The notes: a model not told the origin generated them from the sequence alone. 64,000 bases of DNA from a bacterium (GCA_963693055.1 OY843751.1:352001-416000), one strand, 5' to 3'. Shown: positions 30,373-40,756, numbered from the stretch's first letter. Numbers and translations: made by a program.

Positions 30373-31253
30373 TAAAAAAACTCCCCTGACTTTTTCATGC
30401 TATCCGGATAAGTGACATGCAGTGGGAATTTAACCGTGCAAGAATTGGTGGCGTTAAATACTCCTTTGGCGCCATTGAGGTTGTTGTTTTTTGTATTATA
30501 GGTATAATGATCATCTTGTAAATAAAATGAATAAAGCTCTTCCAGTTTCCTAAATTCCGGAGACATGGATTCAAGATCTCCATAATTCGGGATAAAGCGA
30601 AAGGTCGAGTCCACAGCAACAATGGTTAGCGGGACTGTTATTGTAGTATCTGAGCAAACCTCATTGTCAGCACGGTCCATACTGTGATAAAATTCGGGTA
30701 CATATGTAGAAGTAAAGAATGTTGAATAAAATGAACCCTGGTATAATTCATGTGGAAGTTTCAAGTCTATATTATAGTACAATGCCCTTGCAGAGGGCTG
30801 CCATTTGAATTTGGGCCTGCCCGTTGTATCAATGGGCCACGAGTGGGGATATTCTATTGTAATGGTATCATCCGGCTGTGGGTAGATAATTTCAAAGGGG
30901 CCGGGCATCTGTACTGCGCCGCTGGCTACCATTTGACTGTCTATAAACATTTCAAGCCTGCATGTATCATTGGGATTTACTGTAAATTTGTTGATGCTGT
31001 TTTTGTATACTCCGTCATGGGTGTGAGACAAGAGGATGGTCTGGTCTCTGCAAGAAAGAGTGATTTTAGCATTGGTGACCGCTTCGGGCATGCTTTCGGG
31101 TATGGCTTTTCCTGCCAGTACGATTTGTTCTGTGTAACTTGGATCAATACAACAGAATAGATAATATTCTGACAGCGTATCCGGATCAATAACCACGGGA
31201 TCAAGAGAACAGCTAAGATATAACAGAGATGTAATAATAATTAGATTTCTCAA
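30372..31253 (-). CDS. Lipoprotein partner of the TonB receptor (DUF4249-like)
   Basis: LLYLSC lipobox; C-terminal NNLNGAKGVF resembles the DUF4249 signature; stop overlaps the receptor start (TAATG). Confidence 0.7.
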   Translation of the reverse strand: MRNLIIITSLLYLSCSLDPVVIDPDTLSEYYLFCCIDPSYTEQIVLAGKAIPESMPEAVTNAKITLSCRDQTILLSHTHDGVYKNSINKFTVNPNDTCRLEMFIDSQMVASGAVQMPGPFEIIYPQPDDTITIEYPHSWPIDTTGRPKFKWQPSARALYYNIDLKLPHELYQGSFYSTFFTSTYVPEFYHSMDRADNEVCSDTTITVPLTIVAVDSTFRFIPNYGDLESMSPEFRKLEELYSFYLQDDHYTYNTKNNNLNGAKGVFNATNSCTVKFPLHVTYPDSMKKSGEFF

Positions 31254-31382
31254 ATAGCCCCTCGATAATTAAAAAATTTTTTTATGTTATTTGGAATAAT
31301 TCATATACTAAGTTTTTGCTTTTTAGTTCCCAGGAAATTATGTTTTGGCTTTTAGATGGAATCCTTATATTACTAAAAATTT

Positions 31383-32012
31383 ATGGATTGTAAGCGTATG
31401 AAAAAAAGTGTATTTATAATAGTTGTTATGTTTACAAGTAGTGTTCTTTCTGGGGATAATCAGTTTTTATCTTTGGATTCCTCAGCCTTCTGGCAGCCCG
31501 TCGATTATCATGGGCATGGGATTGTGACTGTGAATGACGGTACCCTTGTGCTGGGCAAAGGCGAGACAGTAACCGGGGTAAAATGGACTGGCGGGGAGCT
31601 GCCCACATTCCAATACGAGATTAGTTTTGAAGCCAAGCGCACCAGCGGAAATGATTTTTTCTGTGCACTGACCTTTCCGGTGGATTCCAGTTTTGCCACA
31701 CTGGTATTGGGTGGCTGGCAGGGCAATGTTACGGGACTGAGCTGTATTAACGGCATGGATGCCGCGCGCAATTTTACCTGTACGTTTATGAAATATGAAA
31801 ACCAGCAGTGGTACGCGGTCAGGTTAGAGGTAACGGATGATGCTGTAAGGGCCTGGGTAGATGACAAGCGAGTGGTGGAGGTCTTTCGCGCGGATGGCGC
31901 GTTCTCTTTGCGGGACGAGATGGAGATATGTAAGCCCCTGGGGTTCGCAAGCTGGAAAAGCAGCGGCGAGATTCGGAATATCCGGTTAAAAGTGCTAAAA
32001 GATAGTGAGTAA
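31383..32012 (+). CDS. DUF1080-like (3-keto-disaccharide hydrolase / ConA-like) protein
   Basis: YEISFEAKRTSGNDFFCALTFPV; LVLGGWQG; GLSCING; GEIRNIRL. Confidence 0.75.
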   Translation: MDCKRMKKSVFIIVVMFTSSVLSGDNQFLSLDSSAFWQPVDYHGHGIVTVNDGTLVLGKGETVTGVKWTGGELPTFQYEISFEAKRTSGNDFFCALTFPVDSSFATLVLGGWQGNVTGLSCINGMDAARNFTCTFMKYENQQWYAVRLEVTDDAVRAWVDDKRVVEVFRADGAFSLRDEMEICKPLGFASWKSSGEIRNIRLKVLKDSE

Positions 32013-32022
32013 TTTTTACTAC

Positions 32023-32275
32023 AAACCGCAAAGTACGCCAAGAATGCTCCGAGAACGCAGAGGAAAAAATATCCAAAATGATCGTGACAGAGACCCTCTC
32101 TGTCACGATCTTGGGTTGTGCTTTTATCCGTGTTTATCTGCGTTCATCTGTGGTTCATTTCAACAGAATGAAATCAAGAGTATTAAAAATCCACTCGCAG
32201 AGTACAAAACCATTGGGCAAAAGTAGATTTTTATTCTTTACGCCCATTGCGTTGCCTCCGCGATCTCTGCGTTTT
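32023..32275. repeat. Composite intergenic cluster of small repeats
   Basis: CGCAAAG/CGCAGAG-type arms at both ends in opposite orientation; perfect 14-bp palindrome GATCGTGACAGAGA-CCC-TCTCTGTCACGATC at 32080-32110; 9-bp periodic TTATCCGTG-TTTATCTGCG-TTCATCTGTGG at about 32124-32153. Confidence 0.7.
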
Positions 32276-32341
32276 GTCATTTCTTTTCCTTTTGCTTGAT
32301 TTTTTGTGTTGAAACTGCTAATATATAATCTGAACAAGTAG

Positions 32342-34384
32342 TTGGAGGTTGTAATGAAGCGTATTCTATTCCTGATTCTGGTCCCCATATTGTTATTTGC
32401 GCAAAACAGTGTTATACTGTTTCATGATGATTTTAGCGAACTGCCACGCGGTCCTTTTTCTGTTGTTGTGGGTGCCCACACCGAGTACCATTATTTGCAT
32501 GAAGCTGCCCCCAAAGGCAACTGGGCGGTGAGCACCTTTCGTTTCAGTCCCGAAAACATGCGCGCGTGGCAGGTGCGTGATGTGGACGACGACCGCATGA
32601 TGTTCCAAACCTTTACCAACAAAGATACCCATACGCATCCCATGATTGTGGCGGGTGACAGTCTGTGGAAGGATTATACCGTTAAAGTCAAATTCTCGCC
32701 AGAGAATAAGAATGGGCAAAGCGGGATGATCTTTCGATATCACAATGATCGCTGTAATTATTTTTTTGGTGTGAATGGAGACAAGGCAATCCTGAAAAAA
32801 GTCAATCATGGCATTGCGTTCCGCACAGCAAACGAAACCATTCTGGCCGAATCACCCTGTTCCTGGAGTGCCGGTCAATGGCTGACCGCAACCGTGACTG
32901 TTAACGGCAGTTCCATAACTGCAGAGCTGGATAATGGCGTAAAACTTGAGGTTGAGGATGGCACCTTTCCTCAGGGCAGAATTGCGCTAATGGCAGACAT
33001 TCCCACTCGATACACTGAGGTTGTGGTTACCTCTACAATATCTGAAAGGCAACGTGTTGAAAAATTGAGCGGCAAATATGCCAAAATTGAGGCGGACCTG
33101 CAGGCTGCTAATCCCAAGCCGGTTGTCTGGAAAAAGATCAATACCACCGGGTTTGGCGTGGGACGTTGTGTGCGTTTTGGTGATTTGAACAATGATGGGC
33201 AGATCGATGTGTTGATAGGGCAGGTTTTGAATCATGGCCACAAGGACAGAAACAGCGAGCTGAGCTGTATGACTGCCATGACTTTTGACGGTGAACGCCT
33301 CTGGCAAATCGGTGAGCAGGACCTGTGGAAAGACAATCTTACCAGCGATGTTGGCTTTCAGATCCATGATATTAATAACGATGGCAAGACCGAGGTTGTT
33401 TATACCCGCAATTTTGAAATTATTGTAGCTGATGGCGCAACCGGCAAAACGCTGTACATAGCGCCTACACCGGATGTACCCAACGGGATGTCTCCTTCCG
33501 GGGAAAATAAATTTGAAAAGATATTAGGAGACTGTATCTATTTTTGTGATCTGCGCGGCAGGGGATATGATTCGGACATTATTCTCAAAGACCGGTATAA
33601 AGATCTGTGGGCCTATACCGACAAGCTGGAGCTGATGTGGCACGCATCGTGCAAAACCGGGCATTATCCCTTTGCTTATGATATGGATAATGACGGCAAG
33701 GATGAATTGGCAATTGGATATTCTCTAATTGATGATGACGGCTCCTTCATCTGGAACAAGGATGATGTGATTAGCGACCATGCGGATGGAGTGGCTATTC
33801 TACAGATGGAAGAAGGAACGAGTCCCATATTGTTCAACTCGGCAAGCGATGAAGGAATGATCTTTATGGATCTTGATGGTAACATCCTTAAGCATCATTT
33901 TCTGGGACATGTTCAAAATCCTGCTGCTGCCAATTTCAGAGATGATCTGCCGGGATTAGAGTTGGTATCTATCAATTTCTGGGGAAACCAGGGTATAATC
34001 CACTATTATAATTCTGATGGAGAGGTTTATCAGGATATTGAACCCAATCAATATGGCAGCATGTGTTTGCCCATAAACTGGACAGGCAAGTCAGAAGAGT
34101 TTTTTGTTCATAATCCCAATGTGGATGAAGGCGGAATGTTTGACGGCTGGGGCCGCAAGGTCGTTGTATTCCCGGATGACGGACACCCGGACATGTGTAA
34201 CGCGGTATTGGATATTACCGGCGATTGCCGGGACGAAGTTGTGGTATGGGACCAATATGAAATGTGGGTCTATACCCAGGATGATAATCCCAAATCCGGC
34301 AAGCTATACAAACCCAAACGCAATCATTTGTACAATATATCAAACTATCAGGCAACGGTATCGTTACCCGGATGGTCGAAATAA
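32342..34384 (+). CDS. Secreted FG-GAP beta-propeller protein, PL11 rhamnogalacturonan lyase-like, with an N-terminal ConA/DUF1080-like domain
   Basis: Signal peptide (probable ATG 32354); repeated DxNNDG/DMDNDGKDE/DITGDCRDE Ca-binding loops; TGH and DHADG motifs. Confidence 0.7.
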   Translation: MEVVMKRILFLILVPILLFAQNSVILFHDDFSELPRGPFSVVVGAHTEYHYLHEAAPKGNWAVSTFRFSPENMRAWQVRDVDDDRMMFQTFTNKDTHTHPMIVAGDSLWKDYTVKVKFSPENKNGQSGMIFRYHNDRCNYFFGVNGDKAILKKVNHGIAFRTANETILAESPCSWSAGQWLTATVTVNGSSITAELDNGVKLEVEDGTFPQGRIALMADIPTRYTEVVVTSTISERQRVEKLSGKYAKIEADLQAANPKPVVWKKINTTGFGVGRCVRFGDLNNDGQIDVLIGQVLNHGHKDRNSELSCMTAMTFDGERLWQIGEQDLWKDNLTSDVGFQIHDINNDGKTEVVYTRNFEIIVADGATGKTLYIAPTPDVPNGMSPSGENKFEKILGDCIYFCDLRGRGYDSDIILKDRYKDLWAYTDKLELMWHASCKTGHYPFAYDMDNDGKDELAIGYSLIDDDGSFIWNKDDVISDHADGVAILQMEEGTSPILFNSASDEGMIFMDLDGNILKHHFLGHVQNPAAANFRDDLPGLELVSINFWGNQGIIHYYNSDGEVYQDIEPNQYGSMCLPINWTGKSEEFFVHNPNVDEGGMFDGWGRKVVVFPDDGHPDMCNAVLDITGDCRDEVVVWDQYEMWVYTQDDNPKSGKLYKPKRNHLYNISNYQATVSLPGWSK

Positions 34385-34390
34385 TTTTTA

Positions 34391-34428
34391 AAAAGCCTTT
34401 CCTTGAATAAATAGAGGAAAGGCTTTTT
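34391..34428 (+). terminator. Intrinsic terminator
   Basis: AAAAGCCTTTCCT...AGGAAAGGCTTTTT. Confidence 0.85.
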
Positions 34429-34734
34429 GGTTTATAAGATTGTGTGTTGTTTAAGCGGGGGAATATGTGATTTGTACCTGGTCTCCACTAGATATATAAA
34501 AAAACTGTATCACTCGAAAATATTTGTAAATCCCGTAATTGGCAAAGAATCCATATAGGCTTTGGTAGTGTATTGATATTTTTGTTCAATTATAAATGAA
34601 TAAATTAATAGAGCATGGGCACACTAGTATGGTTTTATGATTGAAAGAATGTTGGATAAAGGTCAAGTTTTGCAAAAGGTTGTCTGGTTGGATAATATAA
34701 TAGGGTTTGAGAAATAAAAAAAAGTTCTTTTTAT

Positions 34735-34760
34735 TGAAACAATTTATAATTATATTAGTA
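34735..34760 (+). promoter_or_regulatory. Candidate ECF-sigma promoter (imperfect)
   Basis: TGAAAC-N16-AGTA upstream of the TetR/LolCDE-like operon. Confidence 0.45.
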
Positions 34761-34812
34761 TACGATATATATAATTTTTTACAAAAAATGTAAGGTTTGA
34801 GGTTTTTCGTAA

Positions 34813-35424
34813 ATGGAATTTAATTTCAACAATATTGAAGGAAGTAAAAAGTATAAACAGCTCTTGAACACAGCCAAAGATTTATTTTTTAAATATGGAT
34901 TAAATCGTGTGTCTGTTGAAGAGGTTTGTGAAAAAGCCAATGTCAGTAAAATGACGTTTTATAAATATTTTGATAACAAGCTGGCTCTGATGATCTTTAT
35001 CCTGCAATCTTTTTACGATTGGGGCGCTCAAGTATTTTTAGAGATTTGGGAGTCTGATACCAATTTTGGAGAAAAAATCAAGCAAGCAGTACGATTTAAA
35101 ATGCAACTCACCCGTGAGTTGGGTGATGATATGGTGCTGGAATTAATGAACTCGTCTTATCCGGAAATTAAAGAATTTTTGAAAAAACAGCAGGATTTTT
35201 GGATCCAAAAACTATTAACATTTTTTGTAGAAGCGCAAATCAATGGCGAGATACGCGAGGATGTTAAACCCGAGTTTATTTTATTTGTGCTTACCCAGGT
35301 GGCATCGTGGGCCGAGAATGAGCATTTGTTGGCATTGTATGACGATCCACGTGATCTGATCCGTGAAGTGCTCAATTTTTATATTAACGGATTGATTATT
35401 AAAGAACAAATAGTAAGTGATTAA
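34813..35424 (+). CDS. TetR/AcrR-family regulator
   Basis: AKDLFFKYGLNRVSVEEVCEKANVSKMTFYKYFDNK HTH. Confidence 0.93.
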   Translation: MEFNFNNIEGSKKYKQLLNTAKDLFFKYGLNRVSVEEVCEKANVSKMTFYKYFDNKLALMIFILQSFYDWGAQVFLEIWESDTNFGEKIKQAVRFKMQLTRELGDDMVLELMNSSYPEIKEFLKKQQDFWIQKLLTFFVEAQINGEIREDVKPEFILFVLTQVASWAENEHLLALYDDPRDLIREVLNFYINGLIIKEQIVSD

Positions 35425-35442
35425 TTTTAAAAAATTAAAAAC

Positions 35443-35586
35443 AAACCGCAATGGTCGCAACGAAAACGCAAAGATCGCAATGGAAACTTGAATTTGTGTA
35501 ATAGATATCATGGCTCTAGAGATCAATGATCAAAGTTGTAATTTCCTTTGCGTACTCTGCAAATCCATTACGACCTTGGCAGTTTG
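35443..35586. repeat. Degenerate inverted-arm repeat element related to the arms at 32023-32275
   Basis: AAACCGCAATGGTCGCAACGAAAACGCAAAGATCGCAATGG ... CTTTGCGTACTCTGCAAATCCATTACGACCTTGGCAGTTT. Confidence 0.55.
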
Positions 35587-35606
35587 TCTTTAATGAATGA
35601 ATTGAA

Positions 35607-36812
35607 ATGAAAATACTATTGAAATACAAAATTTTATTTTTTATCGGTGTATCTCTAGTTTCTACTGCTTTTGCACAAAATTTGGAATGGAGCGGGCAGA
35701 TATCCGGTTGGGGGATGGTAAACCGTACGGATGAAACTGAATATCAATTAGGTGTACGGTATTTGCCAGAGGTTTATACCTCTATTTATCAGGGCAATAC
35801 TATCTCGGTCGACGCGGAATTTTCTGCAAATCTATTCGGCTATCGTGATTTTGATGCCGGTAATACGGACCATGATGAAAAGTTGTATCGTGCCTGGCTG
35901 CGTTTCAGCACATCTACATTTGAGGCGCGGATCGGATTGCAAAAAATTAATTTTGGTCCTGCATTTGTGCTGAGATCGTTAATGTGGTTCGATTCACTGG
36001 ATCCCCGTGATCCCCAGCAGCTTACAGACGGTGTATATGGTGTGCTGATGCGATATTATTTCCTCAACAATGCCAATATCTGGCTGTGGGGACTGCTCCG
36101 GAATGATGAACTAAAGGGAACCGAGTTTATTTACAGCGACAAGCACACACCTGAATGGGGCGGCAGGATTCAGCATCCGCTGGGCCAGGGAGAGGTTGCA
36201 ATTACGGTACATTATCGGGAAACCGATATCAATAAAACCATTGACAGCTATATACAGTTGCCATTTGCATTGGATATACCCAATATCACAGAGCAGCGAT
36301 ATGCCCTGGACGGAAAATGGGACTATGAACTGGGATTCTGGTTCGAAGCGGTATCCAGTCATTTTGAATTAAAAGATTTGGCTGATCATCCCCTGTTACA
36401 GTTTACGTCCATGATGAATAACAGTGCATTCGATTTTTTGAATACAGAGTATTTGAACCAGTTTACCCTGGGTTCTGATTATACCTTTGGATGGGGTAAT
36501 GGATTGCATGTTTTGGGTGAGTATATGTTTTTAAATATGGGTGAATTCGTCTCTTTTGAACAAGACTATACTTTTTCTGCGGTTTTACTCGATTATCCTT
36601 TGAATATGTTTGATCAGCTTATGGGGCTCATGTACTATGATCATGAAAACAAAAACGCTTACTGGTACGCAAACTGGCAGCGGACCTACGACCATTGGTC
36701 GATGAACCTGATGGCCTTTCATTATCCTGAAACGCCGGGCATGGCATTTATGGGAAGAAATCAGGCCAGCCTGGGAAAGGGAATGCAGGTACTATTGATT
36801 TACAATCATTAG
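35607..36812 (+). CDS. Putative outer-membrane beta-barrel protein
   Basis: Signal peptide; LYRAWLRF...RIGLQKINFG; FDSLDPRDP...DGVYG; aromatic alternating strands; first gene before the ABC cluster. Confidence 0.7.
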   Translation: MKILLKYKILFFIGVSLVSTAFAQNLEWSGQISGWGMVNRTDETEYQLGVRYLPEVYTSIYQGNTISVDAEFSANLFGYRDFDAGNTDHDEKLYRAWLRFSTSTFEARIGLQKINFGPAFVLRSLMWFDSLDPRDPQQLTDGVYGVLMRYYFLNNANIWLWGLLRNDELKGTEFIYSDKHTPEWGGRIQHPLGQGEVAITVHYRETDINKTIDSYIQLPFALDIPNITEQRYALDGKWDYELGFWFEAVSSHFELKDLADHPLLQFTSMMNNSAFDFLNTEYLNQFTLGSDYTFGWGNGLHVLGEYMFLNMGEFVSFEQDYTFSAVLLDYPLNMFDQLMGLMYYDHENKNAYWYANWQRTYDHWSMNLMAFHYPETPGMAFMGRNQASLGKGMQVLLIYNH

Positions 36813-36838
36813 CAGACAAAATCAGTTGAATAAAGGAA

Positions 36839-37546
36839 GTGGTTATGAACAATTCCATTTTAATTGAAATGAAAGACATTGTTAAAGCGTATCCCATGGG
36901 CGGGCAAAAATTGATAGCGCTTGACCATGTCAATCTCGAGTTTAAAAGCGGTGAATTTACCGGTATTGTGGGGCCCAGTGGATCGGGTAAAACCACATTG
37001 TTAAATATTATTGGTACACTTGACAATCCCACGGCAGGTACTGCAAAAGTACTTGAGAAAAATGTTGAAACATTATCACATAAACAGGCTGCAGAGTTGA
37101 GGAATTTGTATCTGGGTTTTATTTTTCAAACCTACAACTTGTTACCGGTCTATACGGTTTATGAGAATGTGGAATTTCCACTCTTGCTACAGGGAATGAC
37201 TGCATCGGAACGGAAGGAAAAGGTGATGCAGGCATTGGAATGGGTAGGTTTGGCTGATCGTCATAAATCGAAACCGACCCAACTTTCTGGCGGACAAAGC
37301 CAGCGTGTATCCATTGCAAGAGCGATTGTTAAAAATCCCAGAATAGTGCTGGCAGACGAGCCTACCGCCAACCTGGATGCAGAAAACTCGCATAATATAC
37401 TTCAAGTTATGAAAGAATTAAACCAGGACCTGGGCATTACGTTTTTGTTCTCAACCCATGATGATAAAGTCGTACAATACCTTGACCGTAAAATAACATT
37501 GGATGACGGTAAGGTTGTACTGGATGAAAAAGCAGTAAAGGGGTGA
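36839..37546 (+). CDS. ABC transporter ATP-binding protein (LolD/MacB-like)
   Basis: GPSGSGKTT; LSGGQSQR; [10 protein letters not shown]. Confidence 0.95.
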   Translation: MVMNNSILIEMKDIVKAYPMGGQKLIALDHVNLEFKSGEFTGIVGPSGSGKTTLLNIIGTLDNPTAGTAKVLEKNVETLSHKQAAELRNLYLGFIFQTYNLLPVYTVYENVEFPLLLQGMTASERKEKVMQALEWVGLADRHKSKPTQLSGGQSQRVSIARAIVKNPRIVLADEPTANLDAENSHNILQVMKELNQDLGITFLFSTHDDKVVQYLDRKITLDDGKVVLDEKAVKG

Positions 37547-38724
37547 ATGTTATGTTGATTCCTAATCTTGCTATAAAGAATTTACTGGGTGCGGGACTTC
37601 GTACCTGGTTGAATGTATTTGTGCTTTCATTGTCCTTTGTTGCAATAATCGGAATGCAGGGGTTGTATGAGGGCATGAACCGTCAGGCCAGTACCGCTTT
37701 GATGCAGAGTGAATATGGCGGCGGGCAGTATTGGCAAAAAGATTATGATCCATATGATCCATTAACATTCGAAGACAGTCATGGCGAATTACCCGCTGCA
37801 CTAGCTGATCAGGTAACAGCGGGTAATGCTCTACCCGTGCTTGTGACTCAGGCAACCGCTTACCCCAATGGCAGATTGTTGACGGTTATGATTAAAGGCG
37901 TATTGCCTGAGCAAGATGTTCTGGATTTTCCTACAAAAGCATTACTGGGTTCTGACTCGGACCTTCCGGTTATGATTGGCTCGAGGATGGCTAAAAACGC
38001 CAAGCTTGCAATAGGTGACCTGGTTACCGTACGCTGGCGTGATGCCAATGGTGTTTTTGATGCGGTTGACGCTGAAATTGTGCATATATTTAAAACGACT
38101 GTTTCAAGTATAGATGTCGGACAAATGTGGGTGCCGCTTGATGTGTTGCAGCAGAATATGCAAATGCCCGGACATGCTACATTGGTAGTAGTTAAGCCCG
38201 GTTTAGAATTGAATGATAATTACAATAACTGGAGTTTTAAAAGTCTGGATTTTTTACTCGCGGATATTAAAGCCCTGGTAAAATCCAAATCTGCGGGCGC
38301 TTCTTTTCTGTATGCCATGCTCATGTTTCTGGCCATGCTGGCTATTTTTGACACGCAGGTGTTATCCATAGTGAGAAGGAGAAAAGAGATCGGGATGTTG
38401 ATTGCAATGGGAATGACCCGTAACCGGGTGATCCGTTTGTTTACAGTAGAGGGAGCCATGCATGGAGTTTTTGCGGCTCTTTTCGCATTGTTGTATGGCG
38501 GTCCCTTGTTGACCTGGTTTTCCAGGGTTGGCTGGAAACTGCCTGATTATTCCGATGATTTTGGTATAGCCATCAGCGAACGACTGTTTCCGGTCTATAC
38601 CATTGGTTTGGTGGCTGGAACTGTGTTGATTGTTTTGATAACAACCACCATTATCAGTTTTTTGCCAACACGTCGTATCTCTAAAATGAAACCTACGGAT
38701 GCATTAAGAGGAAAAAGAATATGA
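37543..38724 (+). CDS. ABC permease, FtsX/LolC-E-like
   Basis: N-terminal TM, periplasmic domain, RRRKEIGMLIAMGM, C-terminal KMKPTDALRG. Confidence 0.9.
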   Translation: MNVMLIPNLAIKNLLGAGLRTWLNVFVLSLSFVAIIGMQGLYEGMNRQASTALMQSEYGGGQYWQKDYDPYDPLTFEDSHGELPAALADQVTAGNALPVLVTQATAYPNGRLLTVMIKGVLPEQDVLDFPTKALLGSDSDLPVMIGSRMAKNAKLAIGDLVTVRWRDANGVFDAVDAEIVHIFKTTVSSIDVGQMWVPLDVLQQNMQMPGHATLVVVKPGLELNDNYNNWSFKSLDFLLADIKALVKSKSAGASFLYAMLMFLAMLAIFDTQVLSIVRRRKEIGMLIAMGMTRNRVIRLFTVEGAMHGVFAALFALLYGGPLLTWFSRVGWKLPDYSDDFGIAISERLFPVYTIGLVAGTVLIVLITTTIISFLPTRRISKMKPTDALRGKRI

Positions 38725-39992
38725 TCCGATTTTTAATAAAAGGTTTATTGCGGGAGCGCTCACGGAGCCTGTTCCCCATATTGATTGTAGCCGCAGGGGT
38801 AACCTTGTGTGTACTGGTCAATACCTGGATGCAAGGTGTGCAGAATGATGCTTTATGGTCAAATGCGGTGTTTGTGAATGGCCATGAACGCGTTACCACA
38901 CAAGCCTATCTGGATGAAATTGACCAGATGCCCATTGATCTGGCTTTGCTGGATGTGACAATGCTTTTGGATACATTAAATTCACAATATCCGCAAATGT
39001 ACTGGTCCCCCCGGATCCGTTTTGGCGGATTGCTTGATATTCCGGACGAAAAGGGAGAAACCCGTTCACAGTCGCCTGTTTTGGGTATGGCGCTTGATCT
39101 TATAGGCAAAGAAACGCAGGATATTGATCTGATGAATTTTAATGATTCGTTGATCAGAGGCAGGCTGCCAGAACAACCGGGAGAGATCTTGATCAGTGAT
39201 TTGCTTGCGCATCGGCTCGATGTAGAGCCGGGTGAGACTGCAACCATTATCACTACATCCATGTATGGCAGTATGGTCATGTATAATTTTAAAATCGCCG
39301 GTACCATAAAATTTGGTATAACCGCACTAGACCGCAGCTTGATTGTAACGGATATTACGGATGCACAGAGAGCATTGGATATGCCGGATGCTGCTAGTGA
39401 GATATTGGGATTTTCTATGGACCGGGTATTTCATCCTGAAAAATGTGAGACGATTAAAAACAGTTTTAATAATCAGTTTACTCTGGCAGATGAATTTACC
39501 CCGATTATGCAGAAATTGACAGATGATCAATCCATGGGTGAAATGTTTAAAATATTCGGTTCTGTCATCTGGTTTGCATTTGTTTTCTTTGTATTTGTTA
39601 TGTCTATTGTTTTGTGGAATGCGGGCTTGATGGCGAGCATTCGCCGTTATGGTGAGATTGGTGTTCGTTTGGCTATTGGTGAAGAAAAAGGACATGTGTA
39701 TCGTTCCATGTTGTTGGAATCCATAGCAATTGGAGTTGCAGGTACAATATTGGGTACGGGTTTAGGGCTGGCAATATCATATTATTTACAGATTGTTGGT
39801 GTAGATATTTCATCCATGATGAACGATGCAACTGCACTCATGTCTGACGTAATGCGGGCAAGAGTAACTCCCGAAAGTTATGTTGTAGGATTTATACCGG
39901 GTGTTGTAGCTCCATTTATTGGGACCATGATCTCCGGCATGGGTATCTATAAAAGGCAAACGTATCAATTGTTCAAGGAGCTTGAAGTATGA
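38721..39992 (+). CDS. ABC permease, FtsX/LolC-E-like
   Basis: RRYGEIGVRLAIGE; LLESIAIGVAG; same topology; overlaps its neighbours by 4 bp. Confidence 0.9.
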   Translation: MIRFLIKGLLRERSRSLFPILIVAAGVTLCVLVNTWMQGVQNDALWSNAVFVNGHERVTTQAYLDEIDQMPIDLALLDVTMLLDTLNSQYPQMYWSPRIRFGGLLDIPDEKGETRSQSPVLGMALDLIGKETQDIDLMNFNDSLIRGRLPEQPGEILISDLLAHRLDVEPGETATIITTSMYGSMVMYNFKIAGTIKFGITALDRSLIVTDITDAQRALDMPDAASEILGFSMDRVFHPEKCETIKNSFNNQFTLADEFTPIMQKLTDDQSMGEMFKIFGSVIWFAFVFFVFVMSIVLWNAGLMASIRRYGEIGVRLAIGEEKGHVYRSMLLESIAIGVAGTILGTGLGLAISYYLQIVGVDISSMMNDATALMSDVMRARVTPESYVVGFIPGVVAPFIGTMISGMGIYKRQTYQLFKELEV

Positions 39993-40723
39993 AAGCATGG
40001 ATGGTTTTTAGTATATGGCTGGGTGTTGCAGCATCGGTTTTTGCAATCACCGGTAATGAGATACTGGATAAGGTTGATGATAATATAACCTCTGATAATA
40101 AAATTGCAACATCAAAAATGATTATACATGGCAGGCGAAATGACAGGACTGTCGAGTCGCGTTCGTGGGTGCAGGGGACCTCGCAATCTTTTACAGAATA
40201 CCTGGCCCCGGCTAGAGAAAAGGGTACCAAGATGCTCAAGCTCAAAGATGAATTGTGGACCTATTCACCCCAAACGGACCGTACCATTCGTATTGCCGGG
40301 CACATGCTGCGTCAATCCGTGATGGGTTCGGATCTTTCGTATGAAGATTTTATGGAAGATCCCCGGTTGTTGAATTTGTATGATGCAGATATTGATAGTG
40401 AGGTGGTTTACAATGACAGGGCCTGCTGGATTTTAAAACTCACGGCTAAGTCTGATGATGTTTCGTATTACACAAGAAGGGTCTGGGTGGACAAGGAGCG
40501 GTTTATACTGTTAAAGGAAAACCGTTACGCCAAAAGCGGCAAGCTGCTTAAAACAACAGAGGTTAAGTCTGTAAAATGGATGGACAACCGCTGGGTACCG
40601 GTTCATGTTGTTTTCAAAGATGCTCTGCAAAAGGGCAAGGGAACCGAGTTTATTATTGAGACCATCCAATTCAACCAGGTCATACCGGATCATGTATTTT
40701 CTAAAGCATCGTTAAGGAGATAG
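39989..40723 (+). CDS. Outer-membrane lipoprotein-sorting protein (LolA-like)
   Basis: Signal peptide; EYLAPAREKGTKMLK; QSVMGSDLSYED; SGKLLKT; IPDHVFSKASL. Confidence 0.85.
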   Translation: MKAWMVFSIWLGVAASVFAITGNEILDKVDDNITSDNKIATSKMIIHGRRNDRTVESRSWVQGTSQSFTEYLAPAREKGTKMLKLKDELWTYSPQTDRTIRIAGHMLRQSVMGSDLSYEDFMEDPRLLNLYDADIDSEVVYNDRACWILKLTAKSDDVSYYTRRVWVDKERFILLKENRYAKSGKLLKTTEVKSVKWMDNRWVPVHVVFKDALQKGKGTEFIIETIQFNQVIPDHVFSKASLRR

Positions 40724-40756
40724 CATCAAAAAAATGCTGCTTTTTTTTAAAATAAT

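Noticed and set aside
32005-32388. Short ORFs 32005-32226, 32078-32299 and 32155-32388
   Set aside because: They are translations of the repeat cluster, overlap one another and lack protein-like features.
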